A stretch of 64,000 nucleotides of DNA from Hyphomicrobiaceae bacterium (GTDB lineage Bacteria > Pseudomonadota > Alphaproteobacteria > Rhizobiales > Hyphomicrobiaceae): contig DATETZ010000179.1 in the NCBI GenBank assembly GCA_035283385.1, positions 270 through 64,269 of the forward strand. Reading direction: 5' to 3'. Made by a program: the position numbers and the translations under genes. Each line of letters opens with the position of its first letter. Within the stretch, counting starts at the first letter, position 1. The notes under the pieces were generated by a model. It did not search any database and was not told where the DNA came from. It saw nothing but the letters and a program-made list of their open reading frames with translations. Shown piece by piece: positions 10,592 to 20,343 of the stretch.

Positions 10592-11083
10592 TCAGGGAGC
10601 GGCGGTGGAGGGCTCGGTCTTCGCCTTCGCGACCGGCGTCGGCGTGACATCGACGGGCTTGGGCCCGAGCTCCGCTGCGAGGTCGAACGTCCGGCACCCT
10701 TTGGCCGCGAGCTGACCATTGTAGGCCTCGAGCATGGCGCGGTCCTTGGCATAGCGGCCGTCTGGATCGGCGCCCTCCTTGGAGCCGCCGAGAACCGTTG
10801 CCGTTGCTGACTGCAAGAGCCGGGAGCCGACCGTTGCCTTCTGGGTCGTCTCGTAGCCGCGGATCTGCAGGATGCGCACCTGCATGCGCCCGGTGAGCTT
10901 CTTGCAGTCGAGTGCGAGCTCGTCCTTGCTGAGCTGGTAGGCGGGGCCCGCAGCTGCGCCTCGGGCAGCGGGATCCTCCCCCGCCAGGGCGGCTGTGTCG
11001 GCCTCGGTCGTCGCCGCGCACCCGCAGAGCATGAGGGCCGTTGCGGCGCCGGCGCCGAAAAGTCCCGTTTCGCGCAGCATCAT
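10592..11083 (-). CDS. Hypothetical lipoprotein
   Basis: Lipobox-like LCGC; ELALDCKKLTGRMQ and YN..L..KGC motifs. Confidence 0.65.
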   Translation of the reverse strand: MMLRETGLFGAGAATALMLCGCAATTEADTAALAGEDPAARGAAAGPAYQLSKDELALDCKKLTGRMQVRILQIRGYETTQKATVGSRLLQSATATVLGGSKEGADPDGRYAKDRAMLEAYNGQLAAKGCRTFDLAAELGPKPVDVTPTPVAKAKTEPSTAAP

Positions 11084-11274
11084 GCTGCCGTCCTCGAGGG
11101 TTGGTCGGACTCGTTACGTGCCGTCCCGAGCCTGAAATGGGGCCGTGAAAACGGCGCCAGCATGGCAGCCGCGCGGCGGGCTCCTACAACCTTTGTCCTT
11201 TGCGGCGGGTGGATCGGCGGCCGCGCCGCCTTGCGTAGGATGAGGCGCGCTGTTAGCTGATGACCGCCTGGCCC

Positions 11275-11391
11275 CTAGAGCGTGATCGTCTTTGATTGAA
11301 TCAATCAAAGACGTGAATCACGCTCTAAAGCTAGAGTTTAGACCATGATCGACGCGTCGGACTGATAAGGTCCGACGCGATCATGGTCTAG
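11275..11391. repeat. CTAG-bounded double-hairpin repeat (RIME-like), family B copy 1
   Basis: TAGAGCGTGAT...ATCACGCTCTA hairpin plus TAGACCATGATCG...CGATCATGGTCTAG hairpin; homologue at 54763-54875. Confidence 0.85.
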
Positions 11392-11399
11392 GGGGAGCG

Positions 11400-13007
11400 A
11401 TGGCCCGCATCACCTCGACTGTCAGCACGGTCACCGACGAGTTCCGCGCCAACGCCGCGGCCATGCGCCGCCTCGTCGCCGATCTCGAGGATAAGCGGGC
11501 GGTCGCGGCTCGAGGCGGGCCGGAGGATGTTCGCGCGCGCCACGTGGCCCGCGGAAAGATGGTGGCGCGCGAGCGCGTGCTGCGCCTGATCGACCCCGGC
11601 AGCCCGTTCCTCGAGCTGTCACAGCTCGCGGCCTACGGCATGTATTCGGGCGATATCCATGCGGGCGGCCTCATCACCGGCCTCGGGCGCGTCGCGGGAC
11701 GCGAGTGCATGATCCTCGCCAACGACGCCACCATCAAGGGCGGCACCTATTTCCCGATCACGGCAAAGAAGCATCTGAGGGCGCAGGAGATCGCGTGGGC
11801 CAACCGGCTGCCGTGCCTCTATCTGGTCGACAGCGGCGGCGCGAACCTGCCGCACCAGACCGAGGTGTTCCCGGATCGCGATCACTTCGGCCGCGTGTTC
11901 TACAATCAGGCGCGCATGAGCGCCGAGGGGATAGCCCAGATCGCCATCGTTATGGGCTCGTGCACGGCGGGCGGCGCCTATGTGCCGGCTCTGTCCGACG
12001 AGGCGATCATCGTCAAGGGGCAGGGGACGATCTTCCTCGCCGGGCCGCCGCTCGTCAAAGCCGCAACGGGCGAGATCGTCTCGGCCGAGGATCTGGGGGG
12101 AGCCGAGGTCCACGCGCGCCGCTCGGGCCTAGTCGACCACGTGGCCAAGAGCGACGCCCACGCCCTCGATATCGCGCGCAGGCTCATTGGACGCCTGGCA
12201 CCCGCGCAGCGTGCGCAGATCGCCGTCCAGCCGCCGCGCCCGCCCGCCTGCGACGCGGACGAGATCGACGGCATCGTGCCGGTCTCGCTCGCCACCCAGT
12301 ACGACTCGCGAGAGGTAATTGCCCGCCTCGTCGACGGCTCGGAGTTCGACGAGTTCAAGCGCCATTATGGCGAGACGCTGGTCACCGGTTTCGCGGCGAT
12401 CGAGGGTGTTCAAGTCGCCATCCTCGCCAACAATGGCATTCTCTATTCGGAGAGCGCGCTGAAGGGCGCCCACTTCATCGAGCTCGCGTGCCAGCGACGC
12501 ACGCCGCTCGTCTTTCTCCAGAACATCGCCGGCTTCATGGTCGGGCGCGAGGCGGAGGCGGGGGGCATTGCCAAGGACGGCGCGAAGATGGTGGCGGCGG
12601 TTGCGTGCGCCGCCGTCCCCAAGATCACGCTCGTCATCGGCGGCAGCTTCGGGGCCGGCAATTACGCCATGTGCGGGCGGGCGTACTCGCCGCGTTTCCT
12701 CTTCACCTGGCCCAACGCGCGCATCTCGGTGATGGGCGGCGAGCAGGCGGCAAGCGTGCTGTGGGCGGTGAAGGGCGAGGGCGGGGGCACGGAGACGAGG
12801 CAGAACTCGCGCGAGGAGGAGGCGGCGTTCAAGAGCCGGATCCGCGATCAGTTCGAGCGCGAGGGGCATCCATACTACGCGACCGCGCGGCTGTGGGACG
12901 ACGGCATCATCACGCCCCGCGAGACGCGCCGCGTGCTGGCCCTGGCCCTTGCCGCGACATTGAATGCCCCCATACCCGAGACCCGCTTCGGCGTGTTCAG
13001 GATGTAA
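11400..13007 (+). CDS. mccB: 3-methylcrotonyl-CoA carboxylase beta (carboxyltransferase) subunit
   Basis: [44 protein letters not shown], terminal FGVFRM. Confidence 0.92.
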   Translation: MARITSTVSTVTDEFRANAAAMRRLVADLEDKRAVAARGGPEDVRARHVARGKMVARERVLRLIDPGSPFLELSQLAAYGMYSGDIHAGGLITGLGRVAGRECMILANDATIKGGTYFPITAKKHLRAQEIAWANRLPCLYLVDSGGANLPHQTEVFPDRDHFGRVFYNQARMSAEGIAQIAIVMGSCTAGGAYVPALSDEAIIVKGQGTIFLAGPPLVKAATGEIVSAEDLGGAEVHARRSGLVDHVAKSDAHALDIARRLIGRLAPAQRAQIAVQPPRPPACDADEIDGIVPVSLATQYDSREVIARLVDGSEFDEFKRHYGETLVTGFAAIEGVQVAILANNGILYSESALKGAHFIELACQRRTPLVFLQNIAGFMVGREAEAGGIAKDGAKMVAAVACAAVPKITLVIGGSFGAGNYAMCGRAYSPRFLFTWPNARISVMGGEQAASVLWAVKGEGGGTETRQNSREEEAAFKSRIRDQFEREGHPYYATARLWDDGIITPRETRRVLALALAATLNAPIPETRFGVFRM

Positions 13008-13161
13008 GAATACTCGCCCCATCTTGCGCCAATCGGCCGTGGACGCGCTGGGGCGCGCCACCGCTCCCGGCCGGCCATCACTCGCTCTTGCGCGCGCCTG
13101 CGTGGCCCTTTATGGCGGGAACAGCTAGTATCAGTCCGCATCCGCCACGCGGGGGGAGCCT

Positions 13162-13596
13162 ATGAGACAGTTCGCAGCCGGCGCCGTGCTCGGCCTTGGT
13201 TTGACGTTTGCCCATGCCCTAGCCGCTGCCGAGGATGCACCGGCCGAGCTTGCGTGCCAGTTCAAGGATGGCGCGTCGTGGAGCTACGTCGCCGGCGCGT
13301 TCCAGTCGAAGACGCCGTCGCCGCTCGCCTTCGAGATCGAAAATATCGACCTTGAGGGCCAGACCGCGGTGCTCAAGACCGGCGCCGGTGCGGGCACGGT
13401 GCGCATCGTGCGCGCTATCAACGCCAATCACTTCCTCGAGGTCGTCAACGAAGGCTTCCTCAATCTCACGACCGTCTACGACAAGGACCCCGCGACGGGC
13501 GTCCACCCCGCTGTGCACTCGCGCCATTTCGGCCTTATCGGGCAGCCCGTCTTTGCCCAGTATACCGGCACGTGCCGCGAGAAGAGGTCGGAGTGA
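13162..13596 (+). CDS. Small exported hypothetical protein
   Basis: RBS and signal peptide; two Cys; AVHSRH and QY.G.C motifs. Confidence 0.65.
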   Translation: MRQFAAGAVLGLGLTFAHALAAAEDAPAELACQFKDGASWSYVAGAFQSKTPSPLAFEIENIDLEGQTAVLKTGAGAGTVRIVRAINANHFLEVVNEGFLNLTTVYDKDPATGVHPAVHSRHFGLIGQPVFAQYTGTCREKRSE

Positions 13597-13617
13597 GGCC
13601 GGCAGGTTCTGCCCGCC

Positions 13618-13711
13618 GAAGTCCGACAATGCTCGGCTCCAATGCTCCATGTCGGACTTCCCCCGGATCAAGTCCGGGGTCACCCCGACCTACGACTCCG
13701 ACCCATGAATT
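13618..13711. repeat. Cluster of REP-like palindromes
   Basis: GAAGTCCGACA...TGTCGGACTTC stem, CCCCGGATCAAGTCCGGGG palindrome, CCCGACCTAC (reverse complement of GTAGGTCGGG) and GACTCCGACCC. Confidence 0.55.
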
Positions 13712-13766
13712 TTGGACCTGTGGATAGCGCCATTGCTCGCGGCCCCCCGCCCGCTACAACTGAGCC

Positions 13767-15722
13767 ATGCTGAACAATGTCCTCATCGCCAACCGGGGCG
13801 AGATCGCATGCCGCATCATTCGCACGGCGCGCCGCCTCGGCATCCGCACCGTCGCGGTGTGCTCGGAGGCGGACCGGCGCGCGGCGCATGTGGCGGCCGC
13901 CGACGAGGCGATGGAGATCGGACCGGCGCCTGCGGCCGAGAGCTATTTGAGGATCGATCGCATCATCGCCGCCGCCAAGGCGAGCGGCGCGGACTCGATC
14001 CATCCCGGCAACGGTTTCCTGTCCGAGAACCCGGAGTTCGCCGAAGCGTGCCGGAGGGCGGGGCTCATTTTCATCGGGCCATCGCCCGAGGCCATGCGCC
14101 GCTTGGGCGATAAGGCCGCGGCCAAGGTTCTGGCGGAAAGCCTCGGGATTCCCGTCGTTCCCGGCTGCAGGGACGAAGCCCAGGACGCGGCGAGGCTCGA
14201 GGGCGAGGCGGCCCGGCTCGGGTTTCCGGTTGTGATCAAGGCGGCGGCGGGCGGCGGCGGGCGCGGCATGCGCATCGTCGAGCGGGCGGCCGATTTCAGG
14301 GCGGCGCTCGACAGCGCGTCCCGCGAGGCCACGTCCGCCTTCGGCGATGGCCGCGTGCTGCTCGAGAAATTCATCGAGCGGCCGCGCCACGTGGAAGTAC
14401 AGGTGTTCGGCGACAGGGCGGGCAATTTCGTCCACCTCTTCGAGCGCGATTGCTCGCTGCAGCGGCGCCACCAGAAGGTGATCGAGGAGGCGCCGGCGCC
14501 CGGGATCAGCGCCGAGTTGCGCGAGGCGCTGACCGGCGCCGCCCTAAAGCTGGCGGGCGCCGCCCGCTATGAGGGTGCGGGCACGGTCGAGTTCCTGGTC
14601 GGCGGCGGCACGCTCGGGAAAAATGCGCCGTGGTACTTTATCGAGGCCAACACGCGCCTTCAGGTCGAGCATCCGGTGACTGAGGAGGTCACTGGCGTCG
14701 ATCTCGTCGAGTGGCAATTCCGTGTGGCGGCCGGGGAGCCGCTTCCCGCAAGGCAGAATGAGATCGCGATCCGTGGCCACTCGGTCGAGGCGCGCCTCTA
14801 TGCCGAGGACCCGGCATCGGGCTTCCTGCCGTCGACCGGCCGAGTGATCGAATGCTCGTTCGAGCCGGCCCCTGGGTTGCGCATCGAAACGGCGCTGCGC
14901 GCCGGCGACGAGGTCACATCCTACTACGATCCGATGCTGGCCAAAGTCATCGCGACCGGGCGCGATCGTGCCGAGGCCTTCGCCCGTCTCGGCGCGGCGC
15001 TCTCGGCAAGTCTCGTCATCGGGCCGCGCACCAATGCGGCGTTTCTCAAGCGGCTTGTGGATCATCCGGACGTGAGTGCGGGACGGCTCGATACCGGTCT
15101 CATCGCCCGCGAGCTCGAGCGTCTTGCGCCGGGCGGTTTCGATCGGCATGCCATCCGGATCGGCGCGCGCGAGCTCCTGGAGCTGGAGCGCCGCTGCACG
15201 TCCGATTGCGAACAAGGCTATTCTGCTTGGAAAGCCGAGGACGGATTCCAGCTCGGTGGCGAGCGAAGGCTCACACGCGAGGTTGTCGTCAACGGCCGCC
15301 CGGTTCGGCTCGAAATCGCCTGGGGCCCTGCGGGCGCCGTGATCGGGGGACCCGAGCTCGAACCCGAGGCGGCGGTGGGCATGCGCGCGCGCACGATTGG
15401 GGATCGAGGCAAGATCTACGTCCTCAACGATCTACACCAAACGGTCGTCTCGTGGCCGGAAGCGGACCTCGAGGCCGACGGCGGGGCAGGTCGCGGCGGG
15501 GCCATCCGCGCGCCCATCAGCGGCCACCTCATCAAGATGTTCGCCGCCGAGGGAGCGATGATCGAAAAAGGTGATCGCATCGCCGTCGTCGAAGCGATGA
15601 AGATGGAGCACGTCATACATGCGCCGCGCGCGGCCCGCATCGCGCGCGTTGCGGCGGCCGAAGGCCAGCAGGTCGCCCAAGGCGCGCTCATCGCGGAAAT
15701 CGACGAGGAGGAGGGGCAATGA
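13767..15722 (+). CDS. mccA: 3-methylcrotonyl-CoA carboxylase alpha subunit (biotin carboxylase plus carrier domain)
   Basis: ANRGEIA, GGGGRGMR, ERDCSLQRRHQK, NTRLQVEHPVTE, EAMKM biotinyl-Lys; context of mccB and ivd. Confidence 0.9.
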   Translation: MLNNVLIANRGEIACRIIRTARRLGIRTVAVCSEADRRAAHVAAADEAMEIGPAPAAESYLRIDRIIAAAKASGADSIHPGNGFLSENPEFAEACRRAGLIFIGPSPEAMRRLGDKAAAKVLAESLGIPVVPGCRDEAQDAARLEGEAARLGFPVVIKAAAGGGGRGMRIVERAADFRAALDSASREATSAFGDGRVLLEKFIERPRHVEVQVFGDRAGNFVHLFERDCSLQRRHQKVIEEAPAPGISAELREALTGAALKLAGAARYEGAGTVEFLVGGGTLGKNAPWYFIEANTRLQVEHPVTEEVTGVDLVEWQFRVAAGEPLPARQNEIAIRGHSVEARLYAEDPASGFLPSTGRVIECSFEPAPGLRIETALRAGDEVTSYYDPMLAKVIATGRDRAEAFARLGAALSASLVIGPRTNAAFLKRLVDHPDVSAGRLDTGLIARELERLAPGGFDRHAIRIGARELLELERRCTSDCEQGYSAWKAEDGFQLGGERRLTREVVVNGRPVRLEIAWGPAGAVIGGPELEPEAAVGMRARTIGDRGKIYVLNDLHQTVVSWPEADLEADGGAGRGGAIRAPISGHLIKMFAAEGAMIEKGDRIAVVEAMKMEHVIHAPRAARIARVAAAEGQQVAQGALIAEIDEEEGQ

Positions 15723-16159
15723 CAGTGCACTTGATCAAGCTTTGCGTCGGTGCGGTCTCGATCGAGGATCTCTCGGCCTGGCAAAAGGCTCATCGCAGCG
15801 CGAAGCACAAGGCCACCGGCAAGGCGTGCGTCTTCCACACGACGTTTCAGACGCCGAGGCGGCAGGCGGAGCTGCTCGACGGCGGCTCGCTCTATTGGGT
15901 GATCAAGGGCGCTATCCAGGTGCGCCAGCGCCTGATCGGCTTCGATGACGGCACCAAGGAGGATGGGTCGCCTTGCTGCCGCATGCTGCTCGAGCCGAAG
16001 CTTGTTCCCGTGCGCCCGGTCTCGCGCCGCGCGTTCCAGGGCTGGCGCTATTTGCCGCCAGAGGACGCGCCGGCCGACCTCGGCGCCGAAACCGGCGGCG
16101 GGCTCGCGGGGCTCCCCGCCCAGATGCGCCGCGAGCTCGCCGAGCTGGGCTTGCTCTGA
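15719..16159 (+). CDS. DUF1489 family protein
   Basis: HLIKLCVG, GGSLYWVIKG, FQGWRYL, ELAELGLL. Confidence 0.9.
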   Translation: MTVHLIKLCVGAVSIEDLSAWQKAHRSAKHKATGKACVFHTTFQTPRRQAELLDGGSLYWVIKGAIQVRQRLIGFDDGTKEDGSPCCRMLLEPKLVPVRPVSRRAFQGWRYLPPEDAPADLGAETGGGLAGLPAQMRRELAELGLL

Positions 16160-16166
16160 TGATGCA

Positions 16167-16266
16167 ATGGTGTCAGACCCTGCGGGTCTGACACCATGAA
16201 GCTCGCCCGACATTTCTGGGAACCGAATTGTGCAAAAAGGGGGTCAGACCCGCAGGGTCTGACCCC
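16167..16266. repeat. Inverted pair of REP-like hairpins
   Basis: GGTGTCAGACCC-TGC-GGGTCTGACACC (16167-16197) and GGGGTCAGACCC-GCA-GGGTCTGACCCC (16240-16266); the loops are reverse complements of each other. Confidence 0.8.
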
Positions 16267-16280
16267 TAACGGATGGGGCG

Positions 16281-17387
16281 ATGCGACGGCCGATCCTGAC
16301 CGAGATCGTGCGCAATCTGCCGGCGCTGGTGCCGTTCGTCGGTCCCGAGGCGCAAGAGCGCGCTCGCGGCCGGCCGTTCCGGGCGCGGCTCGGCGCCAAC
16401 GAGAGCGTGTTCGGCCCGAGCGCCGCGGCGATCCGTGCCATGCAGGCGGCCGCGGCCGAGAACTGGAAATACTCCGATCCTGAAAGCCACGATCTGCGCC
16501 ACGCGATCGCGGCCTTTCACGGCGTCGGCGCGGCAAACATCGTCATCGGGGAGGGGATCGACGGGCTGTTGGGGCTCGCGGTCAGAATGGCCGTCGATCC
16601 GGGGAGCCCCGTGGTGACATCGGCTGGCGCATACCCGACCTTCAACTTCCATGTGGCGGCGCAGGGCGGCCGGCTCGTGAAGGTCCCCTACCGCGCCGAC
16701 AAGGAGGACTTGGCGGGACTGCTCGATGCCGCGAAACGGGACGGCGCGCGCGCACTCTACGTCTCGAACCCCGACAACCCCATGGGCTCCTGGTGGACGG
16801 CAGACGAGATCGTGCGGCTCATCGAGCGGCTTCCCGATGGCGTGCTGCTGTGCCTGGATGAAGCCTATTGCGATACGGCGCCCCCCGACGCGCTGGCGCC
16901 GCTCGACGTCTCCAACCCGCAGGTGCTCCGGTTCCGGACGTTCTCCAAGGCCTATGGGCTCGCGGGCGCGCGCATCGGCTATTGCGTAGGAGAGTCTGGG
17001 CTGATAGGCAACTTTGAGAAAGTCCGCAACCACTACGGCATCAACCGCGTGGGCCAGGTCGGCGCTCTGGCGGCGCTCGAGGACCAGGCCTATCTCGCCG
17101 AGGCCGTTGCCGCAATCGCGGGGGCGCGCGAGAGGATCGGCGAGATCGCACGCGCGAACGGCCTCGAGCCGCTCCCCTCCGCGGCAAACTTCGTCGCCAT
17201 CGATTGCGGACGGGACGGGGCGTTCGCGAGGCGCGTATTGCACGAGGTGCTCGAGCGCGACGTGTTCGCGCGCAAGCCCGGTGTGCCGCCGCTCGATCGC
17301 TGCATTCGCATCTCCTGCGGGCGCGAGCAGGACCTTGCCGTCTTTGCCGAGGTACTGCCGCAGGCCCTCGCGGCGGCGCGCCGCTAG
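16281..17387 (+). CDS. PLP-dependent aminotransferase class I/II (HisC-like)
   Basis: NPDNPMG, DEAY, RTFSKAYGLAGARIGY. Confidence 0.88.
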   Translation: MRRPILTEIVRNLPALVPFVGPEAQERARGRPFRARLGANESVFGPSAAAIRAMQAAAAENWKYSDPESHDLRHAIAAFHGVGAANIVIGEGIDGLLGLAVRMAVDPGSPVVTSAGAYPTFNFHVAAQGGRLVKVPYRADKEDLAGLLDAAKRDGARALYVSNPDNPMGSWWTADEIVRLIERLPDGVLLCLDEAYCDTAPPDALAPLDVSNPQVLRFRTFSKAYGLAGARIGYCVGESGLIGNFEKVRNHYGINRVGQVGALAALEDQAYLAEAVAAIAGARERIGEIARANGLEPLPSAANFVAIDCGRDGAFARRVLHEVLERDVFARKPGVPPLDRCIRISCGREQDLAVFAEVLPQALAAARR

Positions 17388-17551
17388 TGTGGCGGTTCAG
17401 AAGTTCCCCATTCCCTCGCGGCTGGGGCGTGAGGGAACTTCTGAACCAAAGCCACACTAGCAAGACTATGAGTCTAGTGTCCCTTATGAACCCGAAGTTC
17501 GCAAACGCAATTGCCGCAAGGTGTGTGCGAACTTCGGGTTCGGGACACTAG
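17384..17551. repeat. CTAG-bounded double-hairpin repeat, family A copy 2
   Basis: Same architecture as 7918-8084; its first TAG is the aminotransferase stop codon. Confidence 0.9.
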
Positions 17552-17658
17552 CACGACAGGGCCGAGGCGAGCGAGCCGCTTAAAGCGTTGCGTCGGCGGT
17601 GCTAGACTGATTGCAGCTTGGGCGCGGGGTCTGGAGAAGCCGCAAGGTCGTAGGAGTC

Positions 17659-19326
17659 ATGGCGGGCGGGTCCGGAACGGAGTTGCGCGAACAGACCGAC
17701 GAGGCGGTCCGCTGGGCCGAGTCGCAGATTTCGGCGATCCTGACGATTGCCGCCGACGCGATCATCTTCGTCGACGACAGCCAGCACATCACGGTGTTCA
17801 ACGACGGCGCCGAAGCGATTTTCGGCTACTCGAAAAGTGAGATGGTCGGCCAGCCGCTCGAGCGGCTCATTCCCGTGCGCTTTCGCACCCCGCATCGCAA
17901 GCACGTGAGCGAGTTCGCTTCCGGCGCGATGCGCGCGCGCAAGATGGGCGAGCGTCAGGAAATCTTCGCCCTGAGGAAGGACGGTACGGAGTTCCCCGCT
18001 GAAGCTTCGATCGCCAAGGCCCAAGTGGGCGGCAGGCGCGTGTTCATGGCGGTGCTCCGGGATGTCACCGATCGCAAGCGCGTGGAGGATCTCTTGTCGC
18101 GCAGCAACGCGGAGCTCGAGGCGCGCGTGCAAGCTCGGACGCTCGAGCTCGAGGCCGAGATCCGGCGCCGCGAGGAGGCGCAGGCTGCCCTCGTTCAGGC
18201 CCAGCGGATGGAGGCCTTCGGTCAGCTGACGGGCGGGATCGCGCACGACTTCAATAATCTTCTGACCATTGTGATGGGAAACCTCGAGCTCCTCGATGGC
18301 CATCTAGGGGACGCAGCGTCGCGGGCTTTTCTCAAGAGAGCGGCCGATGCGGCCCAGATGGGGGCCGCCCTGACCTCGCGTCTCTTGACCTTCGCGCGGC
18401 GCCGGCGGCTTTCTCCTCGAGTGCTGAACCTCAACGAGGTGATGCTCAATCTTATCGAGCTTCTCAAACGCTCTCTAGGCGAGCCGATCACACTGACAAC
18501 GATGCTGGCCGGCGACCTTTGGCCGACGCGCGCCGACGAGAGTGAGGTCGAGAACGCGATCGTCAACCTTGCCATCAACGCCCGTGACGCCATGCCGAGG
18601 GGCGGCACGCTGATCATCGAGACCCGCAACGTCTCGCTGGCCGGCGCCTCGAGCGAGGCCGATCCCGGACTGGCCCGGGGAGACTTTGTTCGCATCGCCG
18701 TCTCCGACACCGGGGTGGGCATGAGCGCCGAAATCCTCAAGAAAGCCTTCGAGCCGTTCTTCACCACCAAGGAGCCGGGCCGTGGAACAGGACTCGGACT
18801 GAGCACCCTTTACGGGTTCGCGCAGCAATCGGGAGGGCAGGTCTCGATCTCGAGCGAGCCAGACAGGGGCACGACCGTCTACCTCTATCTGCCGAGGTCG
18901 GACGAGGAGGTTGCGTCCCGGCGGGGCGAGGAGCCGGCGCAGATCCCGCTCGCCCAGAACAGCGAGATCGTGCTGGTGGTCGAGGACAATCCCGAAGTGC
19001 GCGAGCTGACGCTGCAGCGGGTGGAAGGGCTCGGCTATGTCGCGCTCGAGGCCGAGAACGCGACCGCCGCGATCCGCATTCTCGAGAGCGGCGAGGCTGT
19101 CGATCTCATCTTCAGCGACATTGTCATGGCGGGCGGCATGTCGGGATACGAGCTTGCCAGTTGGGTCCGTGCGCACGCACCCAAGGTCAAGGCTCTTCTT
19201 ACGACCGGCTATGCGGCCGAGGAGGCAAAACACAATGAGGGCGGCGCCGAGGCATTCAGGGTCCTTCGCAAGCCCTACACCAGGGCAGAGCTCGCACTTG
19301 CTCTGCGTGACATCCTTCGGTCCTGA
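17659..19326 (+). CDS. PAS hybrid sensor histidine kinase with receiver domain (hFixL-like, putative heme-PAS)
   Basis: PAS LIP..R..H helix resembling the FixL heme-ligand helix, RKDGTEFP, H-box [11 protein letters not shown] boxes, C-terminal REC; next to cco/fix genes. Confidence 0.8.
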   Translation: MAGGSGTELREQTDEAVRWAESQISAILTIAADAIIFVDDSQHITVFNDGAEAIFGYSKSEMVGQPLERLIPVRFRTPHRKHVSEFASGAMRARKMGERQEIFALRKDGTEFPAEASIAKAQVGGRRVFMAVLRDVTDRKRVEDLLSRSNAELEARVQARTLELEAEIRRREEAQAALVQAQRMEAFGQLTGGIAHDFNNLLTIVMGNLELLDGHLGDAASRAFLKRAADAAQMGAALTSRLLTFARRRRLSPRVLNLNEVMLNLIELLKRSLGEPITLTTMLAGDLWPTRADESEVENAIVNLAINARDAMPRGGTLIIETRNVSLAGASSEADPGLARGDFVRIAVSDTGVGMSAEILKKAFEPFFTTKEPGRGTGLGLSTLYGFAQQSGGQVSISSEPDRGTTVYLYLPRSDEEVASRRGEEPAQIPLAQNSEIVLVVEDNPEVRELTLQRVEGLGYVALEAENATAAIRILESGEAVDLIFSDIVMAGGMSGYELASWVRAHAPKVKALLTTGYAAEEAKHNEGGAEAFRVLRKPYTRAELALALRDILRS

Positions 19327-19332
19327 CGGAGT

Positions 19333-20073
19333 TTATAGCCGCTTCACCGCAGCGGCGAACGCATAGCCGACACCGCGCACTGTCTTGATGAGCCGCGGGC
19401 GTTCGCTTTGCGGCTCAATTTTCTTTCTGAGCCTTGCGATGAGCGCGTCGATCGAGCGGTCGAGCGGCATCCAATCGTGACCCTTGAGCAGGTCCATGAG
19501 CTCGTCGCGGGAGAGGACGCGCCCGGGACGCTGCACCAGTTTGGTGAGCAGATCGAACTCGGCCGTGGTCAGCTCGCAAACCTCTCCCCTGGGATTACGG
19601 ACCTCCCGTCGCCCCAAGTCGAGAGACCAATCCTCGAAGCTGTAGCGCACTTTGTCCGGCTGCGGCGCGGCGGTTTCACCCGTTGCACCGGGCGCCATCG
19701 CATAGCGCCTCAGCACGGCGCGGATGCGGGCCAGCACCTCGCGCATGTGGAACGGCTTGGTGACGTAGTCGTCGGCCCCGAGCTCGAGGCCGACCACGCG
19801 ATCGATGGGGTCGCCTTTTCCGGTGATCATGACGATTGGAGTGTTGCGCCTTGTCCTCAACTCGCGCGCGAGATTCAAGCCATCCTCGCCTCCGAGCTTC
19901 AAATCCAGAGTGACAAGATCGATGTGTCTGGCCTCGAAAACTGCTCGCGCCTCGGCGCCGTCCTTGGCCTCCAGCACCTCGTAGCCCTCGGGCTCGAGAC
20001 CTGCGCGCAAGAGTGCTCGAACCTCCGGCTCGTCGTCGACGACGAGGATGTTGCCGGTAGCTTGATGGGCCAT
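19333..20073 (-). CDS. OmpR/PhoB-family response regulator (FxkR-like)
   Basis: REC (VVDD, LD, GADDYVTKPF) plus winged HTH (LRKKIE..IKTVRGVGY); convergent with the hybrid kinase; K-boxes present in the window. Confidence 0.85.
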   Translation of the reverse strand: MAHQATGNILVVDDEPEVRALLRAGLEPEGYEVLEAKDGAEARAVFEARHIDLVTLDLKLGGEDGLNLARELRTRRNTPIVMITGKGDPIDRVVGLELGADDYVTKPFHMREVLARIRAVLRRYAMAPGATGETAAPQPDKVRYSFEDWSLDLGRREVRNPRGEVCELTTAEFDLLTKLVQRPGRVLSRDELMDLLKGHDWMPLDRSIDALIARLRKKIEPQSERPRLIKTVRGVGYAFAAAVKRL

Positions 20074-20154
20074 CGTTGGATCAGCCTCTTTGGGCGCTGC
20101 TGAGCATTGTCTCGGCAAGGCTGCACTTGAAACACGGGCCGCGGGGCGCCTCTC

Positions 20155-20191
20155 GTTACAACCTATTACACAATCTCACAAAAACATCACA
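20155..20191 (+). promoter_or_regulatory. K-box-like direct-repeat array
   Basis: GTTACA-ACCT-ATTACA-CAAT-CTCACA-AAAAC-ATCACA, about 10-bp periodicity, between the divergent regulator and the 20344 gene. Confidence 0.6.
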
Positions 20192-20343
20192 CGACCGCGA
20201 CCTCGATTTGTTCTTCATGGCCATTGGAAGCTGTCGCGTTGTTCGATCTTCGCAGGAGCGTGGAGGGGTAAGCAATTGCGCTGCCAGGCGCGCGCCGGGC
20301 AACGGAGGCAAGCTGATGAGGTCGGCGACGTCAGGAGACATTG

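Noticed and set aside
7918-17551. CRISPR array suggested by recurring palindromes
   Set aside because: The repeats are long isolated twin hairpins kilobases apart with no repeat-spacer periodicity, and no cas genes are present
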